Virus record (IMG/VR): IMGVR_UViG_3300032676_000720
Strand: one strand, 5' to 3'
Length of the DNA stretch: 64,000 nucleotides
Source of the DNA: an uncultured virus (IMG/VR IMGVR_UViG_3300032676_000720)
Taxonomy: Duplodnaviria; Heunggongvirae; Uroviricota; Caudoviricetes
Part shown: positions 10,393 to 20,017 of the stretch, one piece after another
How positions within the stretch are numbered: the first letter of the stretch is position 1
Layout: the number at the start of each line of letters is the position of its first letter
The notes under the pieces: model-generated
What the model saw: only the letters and a program-made list of their open reading frames with translations
What the model was told of the DNA's origin: nothing
The model's database searches: none
Program-made: the position numbers and the translations under genes

Positions 10393-10893
10393 TTAATCCA
10401 GTGGGAAAGGTGAAACAATAATGCGAGGCTCAATATACAATGGAGCTGCTTTTTTAGTCTTAGGATTTACACACAATACCCAAGTACCTTCTGCTGACGC
10501 AGGGCTATACAATCCATTCGGATCTGCTTGCGGTATAGCAGCAACGCCATGGGCGTAATCGCTAATACGCTGTGGGTTAGTATATTGTGTAGCATAAGGT
10601 AATCCAAACCCAACAGAGTCACATAGTTTATGACGATTGCCATTTAAGTCTACAATGTAAGTAGTAGTTGGCGTATTTTGATCACGCAACTCGATGATGT
10701 CTTTCATCATACGCTTTTCTGCAAAGTTAGTAATAGCAGGGAAGCCAACTGACTCCACACCTTGTTTGCTTAATTCTTCTTGTTTACGACGCTCAATCTG
10801 TGTTGAGGTTGGATTATCATCGCAAGCTGTTAGCAAACATGACAAACCTAAAATGGCAATAAATGGTGCTACTGTAAAGATTTTATTTTTCAT
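10393..10893 (-). CDS. Predicted lipoprotein
   Basis: Lipobox LTAC after hydrophobic N-terminus. Confidence 0.7.
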   Translation of the reverse strand: MKNKIFTVAPFIAILGLSCLLTACDDNPTSTQIERRKQEELSKQGVESVGFPAITNFAEKRMMKDIIELRDQNTPTTTYIVDLNGNRHKLCDSVGFGLPYATQYTNPQRISDYAHGVAAIPQADPNGLYSPASAEGTWVLCVNPKTKKAAPLYIEPRIIVSPFPLD

Positions 10894-11231
10894 TATTGTT
10901 TTCCTGATCTTAAATCGTTATAAAAGTTACGCAAATTTGGCGGCATCTTATCTTCTGGATACACACTAAAGCGATGTAATACAATGGCACGAACAGCATC
11001 TTTATGTTCTTTATCTGCGTTAACATATTCCAACTGTAAGTTTTCCAAATCACGAATCATACCATCGTTGTACTGTTCAGATTGTTTGAACACTTGATTA
11101 TCCACAGCGCGATATTTAGGCGCAAAGAATTTATATGACTCGTACCCGCCATAACTTAATCCAAAAACTACCAATACAAATAATACAATGCCAATAATAC
11201 TTGAAAATACTAATTCAAAAAAATCCTTCAT
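10893..11231 (-). CDS. Membrane-anchored hypothetical protein
   Basis: N-terminal TM segment; coupled to the lipoprotein gene. Confidence 0.65.
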   Translation of the reverse strand: MKDFFELVFSSIIGIVLFVLVVFGLSYGGYESYKFFAPKYRAVDNQVFKQSEQYNDGMIRDLENLQLEYVNADKEHKDAVRAIVLHRFSVYPEDKMPPNLRNFYNDLRSGKQ

Positions 11232-11388
11232 TCTGTTTCCTTTCTTCCTTCCTTCCAACTAGCACCAAAGCATATTGCTAGTACAAATAACCACCCGCTA
11301 CCATCTTTATAATAATAAAGATAACTTGCGCCACCTAATAACGCAAGATTATACAATGCTACAATTAAAAATTCCAAAGTTCTGTTCA

Positions 11389-11838
11389 TTAAAATGGTGC
11401 CTCTTCATCTTCTTCTTTGTTGCCAAACTTCAATAAGTCCCATATTTTTTTCTGTTCTTCTTTTTTCTGTTTAGCTTCATCCTCTCGGCGTCTGCGTTCA
11501 ACATATTTTTCAATTGCTGCCTTGCGTTTTTTATCGTTAGTTAATCCAATAGCATCGTCTGTAATATAAACAAACTCCATACCTTGTAAAAAGTATCTAG
11601 CTTCTTCGATGGTACCAGTAAACACAGCCGCATTTCGCGACCAGCAAGGATGATGATTATCTACAGGAGTTAAACTAATATTATCGCCCGACATTTCGTC
11701 AATCCATGTACCTGTCCAAGACGCTGTAGAATGAGAATACGCTGTAGTATGATTCTCTGGTTCGCGAATCTTTAGCCCTAATTTAGCGGCTAATTCTTCT
11801 AAGCGTCGAATACGCTCTATGGTTGCCCAGCCAGTCAT
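11389..11838 (-). CDS. Hypothetical protein
   Basis: ORF track; SD AAGGA before ATG 11838. Confidence 0.6.
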   Translation of the reverse strand: MTGWATIERIRRLEELAAKLGLKIREPENHTTAYSHSTASWTGTWIDEMSGDNISLTPVDNHHPCWSRNAAVFTGTIEEARYFLQGMEFVYITDDAIGLTNDKKRKAAIEKYVERRRREDEAKQKKEEQKKIWDLLKFGNKEEDEEAPF

Positions 11839-12080
11839 TGTTTTTCCTTTAACATATCCCACATTAATGTAGGATCAGTTTTTGGCACAACTGCTATAGC
11901 CTTAACCCACCCTTTTTCAACAGCCCAGACAATATTATCAGCAATATGCTTTGGGCAACGGTCTGTAACTTCGATGCTAGCACGATTAGCTAAAGTATAA
12001 GGGCCGTTTAGTTGAAAACTAGGATCACCTTTGCGTAAGGTTACCCAAGGAGTGTCACCGACAGTAAAGTTTATGGACAT
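11835..12080 (-). CDS. Hypothetical protein
   Basis: ORF track. Confidence 0.6.
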   Translation of the reverse strand: MSINFTVGDTPWVTLRKGDPSFQLNGPYTLANRASIEVTDRCPKHIADNIVWAVEKGWVKAIAVVPKTDPTLMWDMLKEKQ

Positions 12081-12407
12081 AGTTTTACAATCTCTTCAGC
12101 ACTACGACCAGTCTTGACCAACTCTAATCTACATTCTTTAGAACTTTTCATTGCTAGGCCACCCCCTACCATCATAGCAACGATAACAAAACCGATGCCT
12201 AGGAATAACCATTTTTCAAACTGTGTAATCATTGATTAGTTTCCTTGGGAGACAACCATACAGTAATATCAAATATTTTTAGTCCAATATACCAAGCACC
12301 TAGAACTTGTAACACAGTTTCGGTCGTTTCTTTGTAGTTAAACAAACAACCCCAATAAACAATGGTCAATCCTGCGCCTAATAAGATTCTTTTGGTCATA
12401 TAATTCA

Positions 12408-13694
12408 TTAGTGACTCTTTTCTTCTTCGTAATAAGCATATTGGCCAAATGGCGGAACAATACTAGTAGTACCATGCATAATGAACACAGTATCACAGTA
12501 CAACTCATCGCCCCAACTACCGCATGGATATCCGTCTGTAAACATAATATGACGCTTAGGTTGGATATCATTTGCTTTAAAATAATCAAATACACAGTCA
12601 AAGTCTGTACCGCCGCCGCCTTGTACTTCGTAATCGCAGATAGTATCCAAGTTATCACTATCATACTGCTGTGGATTGTAAGTGTTAGTATCAAAAGTTA
12701 CAATATGAATCTTGTATGCTGGAAAGGTATCCATAATACCTTGTACTTCTGCTAAGAAGTCTTTAAGCATCTTTTCGCAAATAGATCCTGATGCGTCAAT
12801 GCTAATAGCAATATCAATCATAGGATCCAATTGCATACCTGGCATAACAGCATCCATATGCCAACCCCTGCGACTTGCTCGCATCCAAGTAAAGTCAGAC
12901 TTAATGGTAGATTCAAGTTGCATACGCAACAATTCACGCCAGTCCATTTTAGGAGCTGTCATATCTTGAATCATACGGCGTATGCCTGCTGGCAAGTTAC
13001 CAGCACCGTCTGATGCGGCCGCGGCCGCTAGTACAGCTTCTTTAATCTCATCACGAATTTGATCTCTTTCAGATTGCGACAATTTGGGACGACCTTTACC
13101 TGGTTGATCACCATTGCCACTACCACCTTCGCCGTCATCTTCGCCATCCAAATGGTCATCGAGCAATTTGTCGATGAGATCTTCCATGTTAATCTTTTCA
13201 GCATTTTCGTACAAGATATCGTAGACTTGTTCGTAGCTCATACCGTCGTATTTTGGATCATATAAACAAGGAACGGTAGTAATCTTTTCACCCACACGAT
13301 GTTTAATCAAGTCCTGATTAACGCAATAGTCCGCGGCAATGTTAGATAATGTTGGGTCTCGGTCGCCTCGTCTACCCATGTGGTCGTAAACACAATGTAA
13401 TACTTCGTGTCCAAATAAGAATTCAATTTCTTTTGGACGAAGCATTTCAATAAAGCGAGAATTGTAGTAAAAATTACGACCATCTGTGGCGGCTGTAGTA
13501 CACCACTCGTCGGCATTGATTAACTTTAAACGAGTAGCTAAATTACCAAAGAAGCTAGCACGAAGCAATAAACCCACACGGGCAGTAATCAATTTTTCGC
13601 GAACTATAGCATCTAACTTAGGGTCCATTGGACCTAGCAAGTCTTTGTACTTGTCTTTTTCTTTAGTGTTTGCTGTAGTACCTGCTGTAGACAT
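12408..13694 (-). CDS. Putative metallopeptidase with C-terminal VWA domain
   Basis: TAATDG, HEVLH (HExxH), DASGS MIDAS, GGGGTDF, FTDG. Confidence 0.85.
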   Translation of the reverse strand: MSTAGTTANTKEKDKYKDLLGPMDPKLDAIVREKLITARVGLLLRASFFGNLATRLKLINADEWCTTAATDGRNFYYNSRFIEMLRPKEIEFLFGHEVLHCVYDHMGRRGDRDPTLSNIAADYCVNQDLIKHRVGEKITTVPCLYDPKYDGMSYEQVYDILYENAEKINMEDLIDKLLDDHLDGEDDGEGGSGNGDQPGKGRPKLSQSERDQIRDEIKEAVLAAAAASDGAGNLPAGIRRMIQDMTAPKMDWRELLRMQLESTIKSDFTWMRASRRGWHMDAVMPGMQLDPMIDIAISIDASGSICEKMLKDFLAEVQGIMDTFPAYKIHIVTFDTNTYNPQQYDSDNLDTICDYEVQGGGGTDFDCVFDYFKANDIQPKRHIMFTDGYPCGSWGDELYCDTVFIMHGTTSIVPPFGQYAYYEEEKSH

Positions 13695-13723
13695 TCTGTA
13701 TCCTTTTTATTAACTATACTACT

Positions 13724-13752
13724 ATTATACAATTATATGAATTCTTTGTCAA
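13724..13752 (-). promoter_or_regulatory. sigma70-type promoter
   Basis: TTGACA-17-TATAAT. Confidence 0.85.
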
Positions 13753-14054
13753 CCAGTGTATTTTAGGGTAAAAAGTGCTAGTTCTGCGTCGGATTTGAAG
13801 TATAATCGCATTTCATTGTGTTCCGTGTGCCATGCCCACGAATTCAGTGTTTCTAAGCCCTTTTCACCCACACCTAATGTAATCCACTTACGTTCTACTC
13901 CAGGGCCAAAGGTATCCCAACACCAGTTACGATACTCCATAAATTTTGCTACTCTGTTTTCGCTACCCCAAATATCAAGTGTGATTTCGACATGATACTT
14001 CATAATATTATAGCAAGTATGTCTTCGATCTAATTTGGTGACTTTATAATTCAT
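13749..14054 (-). CDS. Small FxLxW-family protein
   Basis: WCWDTFGP...LYFKSDAELALFTLKY. Confidence 0.65.
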   Translation of the reverse strand: MNYKVTKLDRRHTCYNIMKYHVEITLDIWGSENRVAKFMEYRNWCWDTFGPGVERKWITLGVGEKGLETLNSWAWHTEHNEMRLYFKSDAELALFTLKYTG

Positions 14055-14059
14055 ACTAC

Positions 14060-14088
14060 AGTATAATACAGATTGATTTTATTGTCAA
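14060..14088 (-). promoter_or_regulatory. sigma70-type promoter
   Basis: TTGACA-17-TATACT, 5 nt before ATG 14054. Confidence 0.75.
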
Positions 14089-14279
14089 TAACGAATCATT
14101 CTTATTGTAAATTCGAACTGGTCAATAATTACTAAAGTGTTTCGTAGGGTATAATATTGATAATAAGTGGTTAGCCAAACGATACCGCCGCTAGTTGTTC
14201 TTACAGGCGGCCACGCATATTTTATAGTATAAATGGTACCGTTAAGTTTAAATGAGCTGTTCATTCTCCGTTTGGACAT
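14085..14279 (-). CDS. Small hypothetical protein
   Basis: ORF track; KYAWPPV...VWL resembles 49052-49294. Confidence 0.5.
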   Translation of the reverse strand: MSKRRMNSSFKLNGTIYTIKYAWPPVRTTSGGIVWLTTYYQYYTLRNTLVIIDQFEFTIRMIRY

Positions 14280-14544
14280 TTATATATTTAAGTACAAACC
14301 AAGATAATGCTGATTCGTTATAAAAATCCAAGTGAATTTGATCTGAATAGCTGAATCTAGTTGAATCTTCGTACCAAGGGACTAATGCTTTATGATGTCT
14401 AACTGTAAAACCAAGTTCTCTTTTAAGGCGCCAAGAAATAGCAAAAATATGCTCACCAAAATCTTTTTTAATTTGATCCCGAACATAGGACCAATCGTAT
14501 GGCTCTTCAAATATTATTAAGTTAGGTTTAATTTGAATTTTCAT
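14248..14544 (-). CDS. Small FxLxW-family protein
   Basis: Ends LDFYNESALSWFVLKY. Confidence 0.6.
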   Translation of the reverse strand: MKIQIKPNLIIFEEPYDWSYVRDQIKKDFGEHIFAISWRLKRELGFTVRHHKALVPWYEDSTRFSYSDQIHLDFYNESALSWFVLKYINVQTENEQLI

Positions 14545-14750
14545 TCTCTACCCTCTAACTGATCTAATGTTCGTTTGGCGTGCCAACCCATACGGCCTTC
14601 TACATCCATTCGTCTAATATCATCTAATGCTGTACGCATAATTTCGTTTTCTTCTTCTAACTTATAAACACGGTTGCGTAGGTTGCTGGCATCTGCCCAT
14701 GACATAATCATAGATACTAACTTAGCAAATAACGCACTCCAATCTATCAT
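14541..14750 (-). CDS. Small coiled-coil hypothetical protein
   Basis: ORF track; ATGA overlaps. Confidence 0.55.
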   Translation of the reverse strand: MIDWSALFAKLVSMIMSWADASNLRNRVYKLEEENEIMRTALDDIRRMDVEGRMGWHAKRTLDQLEGRE

Positions 14751-15064
14751 TTTCCTTGATGTTTCAACATAAAAATAAGATACTTTTGTTCATCGGTAAC
14801 TTCATTTTCCAAACTCATTTCTCCGTTAGGAGTTAATTTTAATTTAACACCATAGTTATCATTTAACCAAGAATAAAAATCAACTTGTGGGTGATCTGTA
14901 GTATCAAACTCCTTTTTAGCCGATACAATCTGCATCCAAATAGTTTTACTATCTCCGATAATAGTATCTATTCTTGCCGCCTGACTATTATAATATTCGT
15001 CTTTAGCTGTATCGGGTAATTGCTGACTAAATTTTTTCAGTCTTTTTTGCCAATCGTTATTCAT
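14747..15064 (-). CDS. Small FxLxW-like protein
   Basis: Ends DEQKYLIFMLKH. Confidence 0.6.
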   Translation of the reverse strand: MNNDWQKRLKKFSQQLPDTAKDEYYNSQAARIDTIIGDSKTIWMQIVSAKKEFDTTDHPQVDFYSWLNDNYGVKLKLTPNGEMSLENEVTDEQKYLIFMLKHQGK

Positions 15065-15458
15065 CTTTGGGCCATGGACTCGGCGTCCACCCTAATTTTA
15101 ATAAATCTTCGGCTACTTCTTCAGTAACAGTTCCTTCCGGTACATACTGCTTTATAGCCATTTGCTGTTCATCTTCTAAGTAGTCATAAGATGCTACACC
15201 GCCTATTCCTGAACAGTACCAATCCATATAATCTTCAACTGCTATATCATTACGCAACTCGGCTACAATGCCGCCGGCACTACGCCAACTACAAGTCCAG
15301 TACTCATCATTAAGTACTGGCCAAACTTCTTGTGGCTGCCAGCGCATATTACATAATGCGGCATAGATATTTTGAGCGTAACGATTCTCTTTGATTTTTT
15401 CTATGAACCAAGGAGAATTTTTCATATCGTCTTCTAAATCTCGTTCCATTATACCCAC
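15057..15458 (-). CDS. Hypothetical protein
   Basis: YAQNIYAALCN, CSWRSAGGIVA, YMDWYCSG. Confidence 0.7.
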   Translation of the reverse strand: MGIMERDLEDDMKNSPWFIEKIKENRYAQNIYAALCNMRWQPQEVWPVLNDEYWTCSWRSAGGIVAELRNDIAVEDYMDWYCSGIGGVASYDYLEDEQQMAIKQYVPEGTVTEEVAEDLLKLGWTPSPWPKDE

Positions 15459-15658
15459 CGTAACATAAACATCGTGGCTTCGGAGCCGTCAATAAAATAC
15501 CAAGATTGTAGTTCTCCAACAGGAGGTGTTGTAGCCCAACGGTCATCTAAATTCTCCATACACCATTGTTGCATCTCAAAACTTTTTTCTAGTGATTCAA
15601 CTTTAGTATCAATTTTATGTTGAAAGTCCCGCCAACTATAGCTGTATTCTTCGCTCAT
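15449..15658 (-). CDS. Small FxLxW-family protein
   Basis: QWCMEN...WYF..SEATMFMLRW. Confidence 0.6.
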   Translation of the reverse strand: MSEEYSYSWRDFQHKIDTKVESLEKSFEMQQWCMENLDDRWATTPPVGELQSWYFIDGSEATMFMLRWV

Positions 15659-15900
15659 GGTCCCCAGCGCATTAAAAAGTTAATACGATCAAAGTCAGTA
15701 TCAAACTGTAATACCATACCTTGTTGATGTTCGATACCCCGCGGCAAACGCTCGTTCATCCAGTTTAGTATTTCCCGTTCGTTATCGGCCCACCAATTAT
15801 AATCTACAATCATTAGTCCTGGTAAAGGACTAGCTGGGCTATTCGCTAATTGAAATCTACTTGTTTTTAATATAGCTGGGGTACCAGGGCGATTAATCAT
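15655..15900 (-). CDS. Small FxLxW-family protein
   Basis: Ends DRINFLMRWG. Confidence 0.6.
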   Translation of the reverse strand: MINRPGTPAILKTSRFQLANSPASPLPGLMIVDYNWWADNEREILNWMNERLPRGIEHQQGMVLQFDTDFDRINFLMRWGP

Positions 15901-16169
15901 TCTCCAAATTTCCTTGCTTTCAATTTAATCCAAGTAAATTCTTTTGGATCTACTTCACCCCAAGAAGTATTACCACGAGGAGCCTTTACTAGTGTAACTC
16001 CGTTGGCATTTTCCAGCCAAACCCTAATAGCATCTTTAAAAGCAAAATCGTGAATAGCATGATTCATACGACCGCCTTGCGCCGGACTACAATCGGTAAG
16101 CATATAATAGCCACCACCTGGACGACCTAATACACTAATATTTTCGGGAATTTCATAATAGTAATTCAT
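15897..16169 (-). CDS. Small hypothetical protein
   Basis: Ends EFTWIKLKA. Confidence 0.55.
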   Translation of the reverse strand: MNYYYEIPENISVLGRPGGGYYMLTDCSPAQGGRMNHAIHDFAFKDAIRVWLENANGVTLVKAPRGNTSWGEVDPKEFTWIKLKARKFGE

Positions 16170-16434
16170 TATCTTCTTGTCCGTACTTTAATTTGAACCA
16201 ACTTAATTCTTCATCGCCTTTTACATATATCATGTATATTTGATATACTATATGAAACGACCAATGTTCGTTATCGATTTTCTCACCGTGGGCTAAACTT
16301 TCACAAGGACCGTAAGTTTGGCTAAACCAGTTCCTAGCTTCATGAAAGTTCAACATACCGTGTACTTGTACACCATATTTGAAATTTCTCTTATCTTTGG
16401 TATTGTGTAAGTTATAATTCATTGCTGTGGCCAA
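16153..16434 (-). CDS. Small FxLxW-family protein
   Basis: WFSQTYGP...EELSWFKLKY. Confidence 0.6.
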   Translation of the reverse strand: MATAMNYNLHNTKDKRNFKYGVQVHGMLNFHEARNWFSQTYGPCESLAHGEKIDNEHWSFHIVYQIYMIYVKGDEELSWFKLKYGQEDNELLL

Positions 16435-16619
16435 CGAAGTAAAAAATAAGTACGACGCTCTGGTTCTTTAATAAACAGCATAGCACCATTCATACCAACA
16501 TCCTTAGGATCAGCCCCTAGCCACTCAATAATAGAGTCTCTATTCTTTTGCCACCAGTTATTATTCATAATAACACATAACTCTGGCGCATCTAGTTCGG
16601 AGCAAAATTCGTAGTTCAT
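16419..16619 (-). CDS. Small FxLxW-family protein
   Basis: Ends RTYFLLRWP. Confidence 0.6.
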   Translation of the reverse strand: MNYEFCSELDAPELCVIMNNNWWQKNRDSIIEWLGADPKDVGMNGAMLFIKEPERRTYFLLRWPQQ

Positions 16620-16626
16620 AACTTAT

Positions 16627-16684
16627 AAAAGGAAGGAGGGCGGTGCGAACACAGCCCTGTGTACAAACACTACACCACCCTCCT
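16627..16684 (-). terminator. Long GC-rich stem-loop after MoxR (terminator or structured RNA)
   Basis: AGGAGGGTGGTG...CACCGCCCTCCT with inner ACACAG/CTGTGT, then TCCTTTT. Confidence 0.5.
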
Positions 16685-16692
16685 GTTAGCTA

Positions 16693-17778
16693 TTAAGCTG
16701 ATGCGTTCAAGATGTACTTGCCATACTTCTTATGGAACTCATCGAAGTTTTTCAACTTAGTTGGTTGGAATGGAAGATTGTACACAGTTAACGCAATACG
16801 AGCACCCATAACTACCAATTCAGTTTCAAAGTTCTTCATCATGTAAGCAAAGAAGTAATCTGCCATAGTGTGGAAGTCTTTGTCTGCTACTTTCTTCTCT
16901 ACAGCATCTTTGAGCTCATAGCACATAGAAATAACTAGAGAATACATAGCTGAAACTTCTTTAACATCTAGGGTAGTAACTTTACCAGACAAAATGTCTT
17001 CTGGCTTAGGCATACGACCAGCAATCTTACGGTGTCCGTTAAACTTAATAGCAAGTCCTTCACCAATAGTACCAGAAATCAAGTTAGTAATTGTATCTTC
17101 ATCACCATCTTCTTCTGATAAAATTTCGCTTACAAAAGACCAACTACGAGGAGTAGCAAACGCACGACTTGAAGATTTAGGATCAAAGTCATACAAGTCT
17201 TGTTTATTAGAGCCTAAGTAACCAATAATATCCTTGTGGATGTTATGAGTAACGGCCCAATCTTGCCAGCTAGCGAAGTCTGTTTTCATCTCCTGGTGAA
17301 TGAAACGATTAGCTAGCGGAGTAGGCATACGATATGTAACACCTTTGTCTGACTCACGATTACCAGCCGCAACCATAACAACATTATCTGGCAATTTATA
17401 TTTGCCAATGCGTCGATTCAAAATTAGTTGATATGCCGCAGCTTGTACTGAAGGAGCCGCAGAGTTCATTTCGTCTAAGAATAGAACAACTACTGGATAC
17501 TGACTAGCTAATTCTTCGGATGGCAAATCAATAGGCTCGGCCCAATCCATCTTGCCAACTTCTTTATTATAAAACGGGATACCACGAATATCTGTCGGCT
17601 CCATTTGACCTAGACGTAAGTCAATCATATGGCCACCTAATTCAGTAGCAATATCAGCTACCAATTCTGATTTACCAATACCTGGAGGCCCCCACAAAAA
17701 TAGTGGACGCTTGTGTTTGAAAGCCTTGAGCAAAGAGCGTTTGGCTTGTACCGATGTTACTTGTCTAGTTTCTGACAT
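16693..17778 (-). CDS. MoxR-like AAA+ ATPase
   Basis: GPPGIGKS Walker A, LFLDE Walker B, AAGN, LANRF, TPRSW. Confidence 0.9.
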   Translation of the reverse strand: MSETRQVTSVQAKRSLLKAFKHKRPLFLWGPPGIGKSELVADIATELGGHMIDLRLGQMEPTDIRGIPFYNKEVGKMDWAEPIDLPSEELASQYPVVVLFLDEMNSAAPSVQAAAYQLILNRRIGKYKLPDNVVMVAAGNRESDKGVTYRMPTPLANRFIHQEMKTDFASWQDWAVTHNIHKDIIGYLGSNKQDLYDFDPKSSSRAFATPRSWSFVSEILSEEDGDEDTITNLISGTIGEGLAIKFNGHRKIAGRMPKPEDILSGKVTTLDVKEVSAMYSLVISMCYELKDAVEKKVADKDFHTMADYFFAYMMKNFETELVVMGARIALTVYNLPFQPTKLKNFDEFHKKYGKYILNASA

Positions 17779-17814
17779 GGGCTGTGTTTCCTTTATAAGT
17801 GATTAATTTAACTA

Positions 17815-18009
17815 CTAAACTACATTATACGATTTAATGAATTTATTGTCAACCTGCTTAGATTCATCCATAAACACCCGTATTGCTCTTAATTCTGTGG
17901 GCGAAAGTTGTCGAAAATGCTTAACCATAAGTTCGATCCCTCTCAAAGGATCTACTTGATTAGCTTCTGAAAAATCGAGGATGATGTCAACGGCATTTTC
18001 TAAGTTCAT
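17815..18009 (-). CDS. Small hypothetical protein
   Basis: TTGACG-17-TATAAT (18016-18044) 6 nt before ATG 18009. Confidence 0.55.
   Translation of the reverse strand: MNLENAVDIILDFSEANQVDPLRGIELMVKHFRQLSPTELRAIRVFMDESKQVDNKFIKSYNVV
17824..17852 (-). promoter_or_regulatory. sigma70-type promoter
   Basis: TTGACA-17-TATAAT. Confidence 0.85.
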
Positions 18010-18063
18010 ACAGCTATTATAGCAATATATCAATTTGTCGTCAACCTGGGTGCTAAATATAGA

Positions 18064-18562
18064 ATGTACACTATTATTGAAGATTGTAGCCCTTATTACA
18101 TTAGATTTACCCATCAAGGACTTGATCAAATTATTAATATATGTAAACAAAATGCCTATGAAAGATTCTATAAATTTTGATTCTAATCGTGTAGCGTTGT
18201 TTATTACAGAACCAGGAATTAAATCATCGATTCATAAAGACGGGAGTAAAATGCGTTGCGGTATCAATGTTACATTGACTGTATTAGATGATTGTTGTAA
18301 AACAAAATGGTATAGTGATGAATCTCTAAGTCGAGCGCCAAAACAATATAATGGGTACAGTCGCATTCGTTATCCAATTATAGAACCAGCACCAGTAAAA
18401 ACAACAGTATTTGGAGCGAACGAATGTATTTTATTCAATACTGATATCTATCATTCCTGGGATAACTCAATATCAACTAATACAAGAACTGTACTAACAT
18501 TAAGAAATGTTGGCGGAGATTTATATTTTGATGAAGTTAAAAAATTGCTATTTGAATATTAA
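18064..18562 (+). pseudogene. 2OG-Fe(II)/cupin-like oxygenase, apparently frameshifted near 18150
   Basis: TAAATA-N4-ATG opens MYTIIEDCSPYYIRF... that stops at 18180; HKD...FNTDIYH...RTVLTLR is in another frame from ATG 18152. Confidence 0.55.
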
Positions 18563-18876
18563 CGGCCACGACCAGCACTACGGGTTGGTGGCTTTTTAGC
18601 TGGACCAGCCGAAGGCTTTACTTTAACTTTCTTTTCAACAGTAGCATTAACTTCAGAACCATCTACATGAGTCTTGCCCTGCTTCTTTGCTAATGCTTTA
18701 GCTAGTGTATCTGATAATTTTGACATTTCTCGTTCCTTTTTCTTAGCATCTAATTTTTTCATTAACTTGCGCCATTCAGCTTTAGTTAATTGTTTGCCCC
18801 AGTTAGTATTTTTAACTTCGGCTGCCATAGGACGACTAATGGGTCTACCTGGGTCTATATTTTTCTTAGTTACCAT
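18559..18876 (-). CDS. Small basic hypothetical protein
   Basis: ORF track; Lys/Arg-rich. Confidence 0.5.
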   Translation of the reverse strand: MVTKKNIDPGRPISRPMAAEVKNTNWGKQLTKAEWRKLMKKLDAKKKEREMSKLSDTLAKALAKKQGKTHVDGSEVNATVEKKVKVKPSAGPAKKPPTRSAGRGR

Positions 18877-19292
18877 TAATAACTCTTATCCAACGAATAT
18901 CTAACTCGTCTTGCGTGTCTTCCGTTGCCGCGGTTAGCACCTTTATAAGTTGGTGTTTGACTATGACAATTTGGACAAATCATACATAAATTCTTTGGAA
19001 GATTATTTTGACTATTGCCATCCTTATGTTCCAATTCTAATACAATAGGCTTACCGTTATGTTCAGTAATACCACAGTAAGCGCATTTATTATCTTGTTG
19101 GGCCAACAAATAACGCTTAATTGATAATTTAGTTCCATTAACTCCAGTACCGGTTTCGTCGCCATTTAACCATTTACTAATAAATTGCGCTTGCCGATCC
19201 ACAGATTGACATTTAATAGAACAATATATGTTACTTTTACTATGTTTAAATCTAGATTCAGTATTACAAGTTTTACAAGTGTAAGTTTTCAT
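18876..19292 (-). CDS. HNH endonuclease
   Basis: CxxC; LELEHKDGNSQNN...LCMICPNCH. Confidence 0.85.
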   Translation of the reverse strand: MKTYTCKTCNTESRFKHSKSNIYCSIKCQSVDRQAQFISKWLNGDETGTGVNGTKLSIKRYLLAQQDNKCAYCGITEHNGKPIVLELEHKDGNSQNNLPKNLCMICPNCHSQTPTYKGANRGNGRHARRVRYSLDKSY

Positions 19293-19347
19293 GGTATATC
19301 ACTCCTTACTTTTATTTATGTTCTACCTGTAATATTTAAAATTTTTT

Positions 19348-19421
19348 TGGTGCCCCTTGACAGAATCGAACTGCCATGTCAAGATTACAAATCTAGCATA
19401 TTACCATTATATTAAAGGGGC
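19348..19421 (-). tRNA. tRNA-Thr(UGU)
   Basis: Cloverleaf; loop TT-TGT-AA; CCA encoded. Confidence 0.9.
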
Positions 19422-19435
19422 TATACTTCTAATTT

Positions 19436-19511
19436 TGGCTCCCCGACCTGGGCTCGAACCAGGGACCTGCGGATTAACAGTCCGTTACTCTACCAACTGA
19501 GCTATCAGGGA
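19436..19511 (-). tRNA. tRNA-Asn(GUU)
   Basis: Loop CT-GTT-AA; CCA. Confidence 0.95.
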
Positions 19512-19521
19512 ATTGTACTAC

Positions 19522-19761
19522 TTACTCTACTACCGACTCCACCACCGCTTCTGCGGATACTGCTTCTACTGCTTTGACGAATCCTGGACGACTTTTTAAT
19601 TCATTAATTCTACGATGAATTTTAGCAATATTCTTTTTACGAGCGTTTGATAATAGTTTTTCTAATTGCTCAATGTTCAACGGACCCAAACGCTCTTTAC
19701 CATTCTTGGTACGCATTGGATCTGCTTTACGACTTTTTTGATTTCCACCTTTGGTTGCCAT
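19522..19761 (-). CDS. Small basic hypothetical protein
   Basis: SD AAGGA; ORF track. Confidence 0.6.
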   Translation of the reverse strand: MATKGGNQKSRKADPMRTKNGKERLGPLNIEQLEKLLSNARKKNIAKIHRRINELKSRPGFVKAVEAVSAEAVVESVVE

Positions 19762-19780
19762 GTAAGTTCCTTTGTTATTT

Positions 19781-19996
19781 TTACTTATTAGCGATGTTGA
19801 TCATGGCTAAAATTTCGTCTACGGATTCTCTAACTTCCCAAGTACCGTATGGTGGGCAAAATATAAAAGTTTTGCGATCAATACTACCGTCAGGATTAGT
19901 TACATCATCCATGATCATAGAAACTATTACATCGGTGTTAAGCGCAAGAGGTTTGTTGTTGAATTCGGTAGATGCTGAAGTTAAATGTATAAACAT
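19781..19996 (-). CDS. Small hypothetical protein (FlbD-like pattern)
   Basis: MFIHLT...LNTDVI...VRESVDEIL. Confidence 0.5.
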   Translation of the reverse strand: MFIHLTSASTEFNNKPLALNTDVIVSMIMDDVTNPDGSIDRKTFIFCPPYGTWEVRESVDEILAMINIANK

Positions 19997-20017
19997 GAGT
20001 TCTTTCTATTTTAATAA

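Noticed and set aside
10393..11231. Spanin pair
   Set aside because: A membrane protein plus lipoprotein fits superficially, but no lysis genes are nearby and the lipoprotein is large and not Pro-rich
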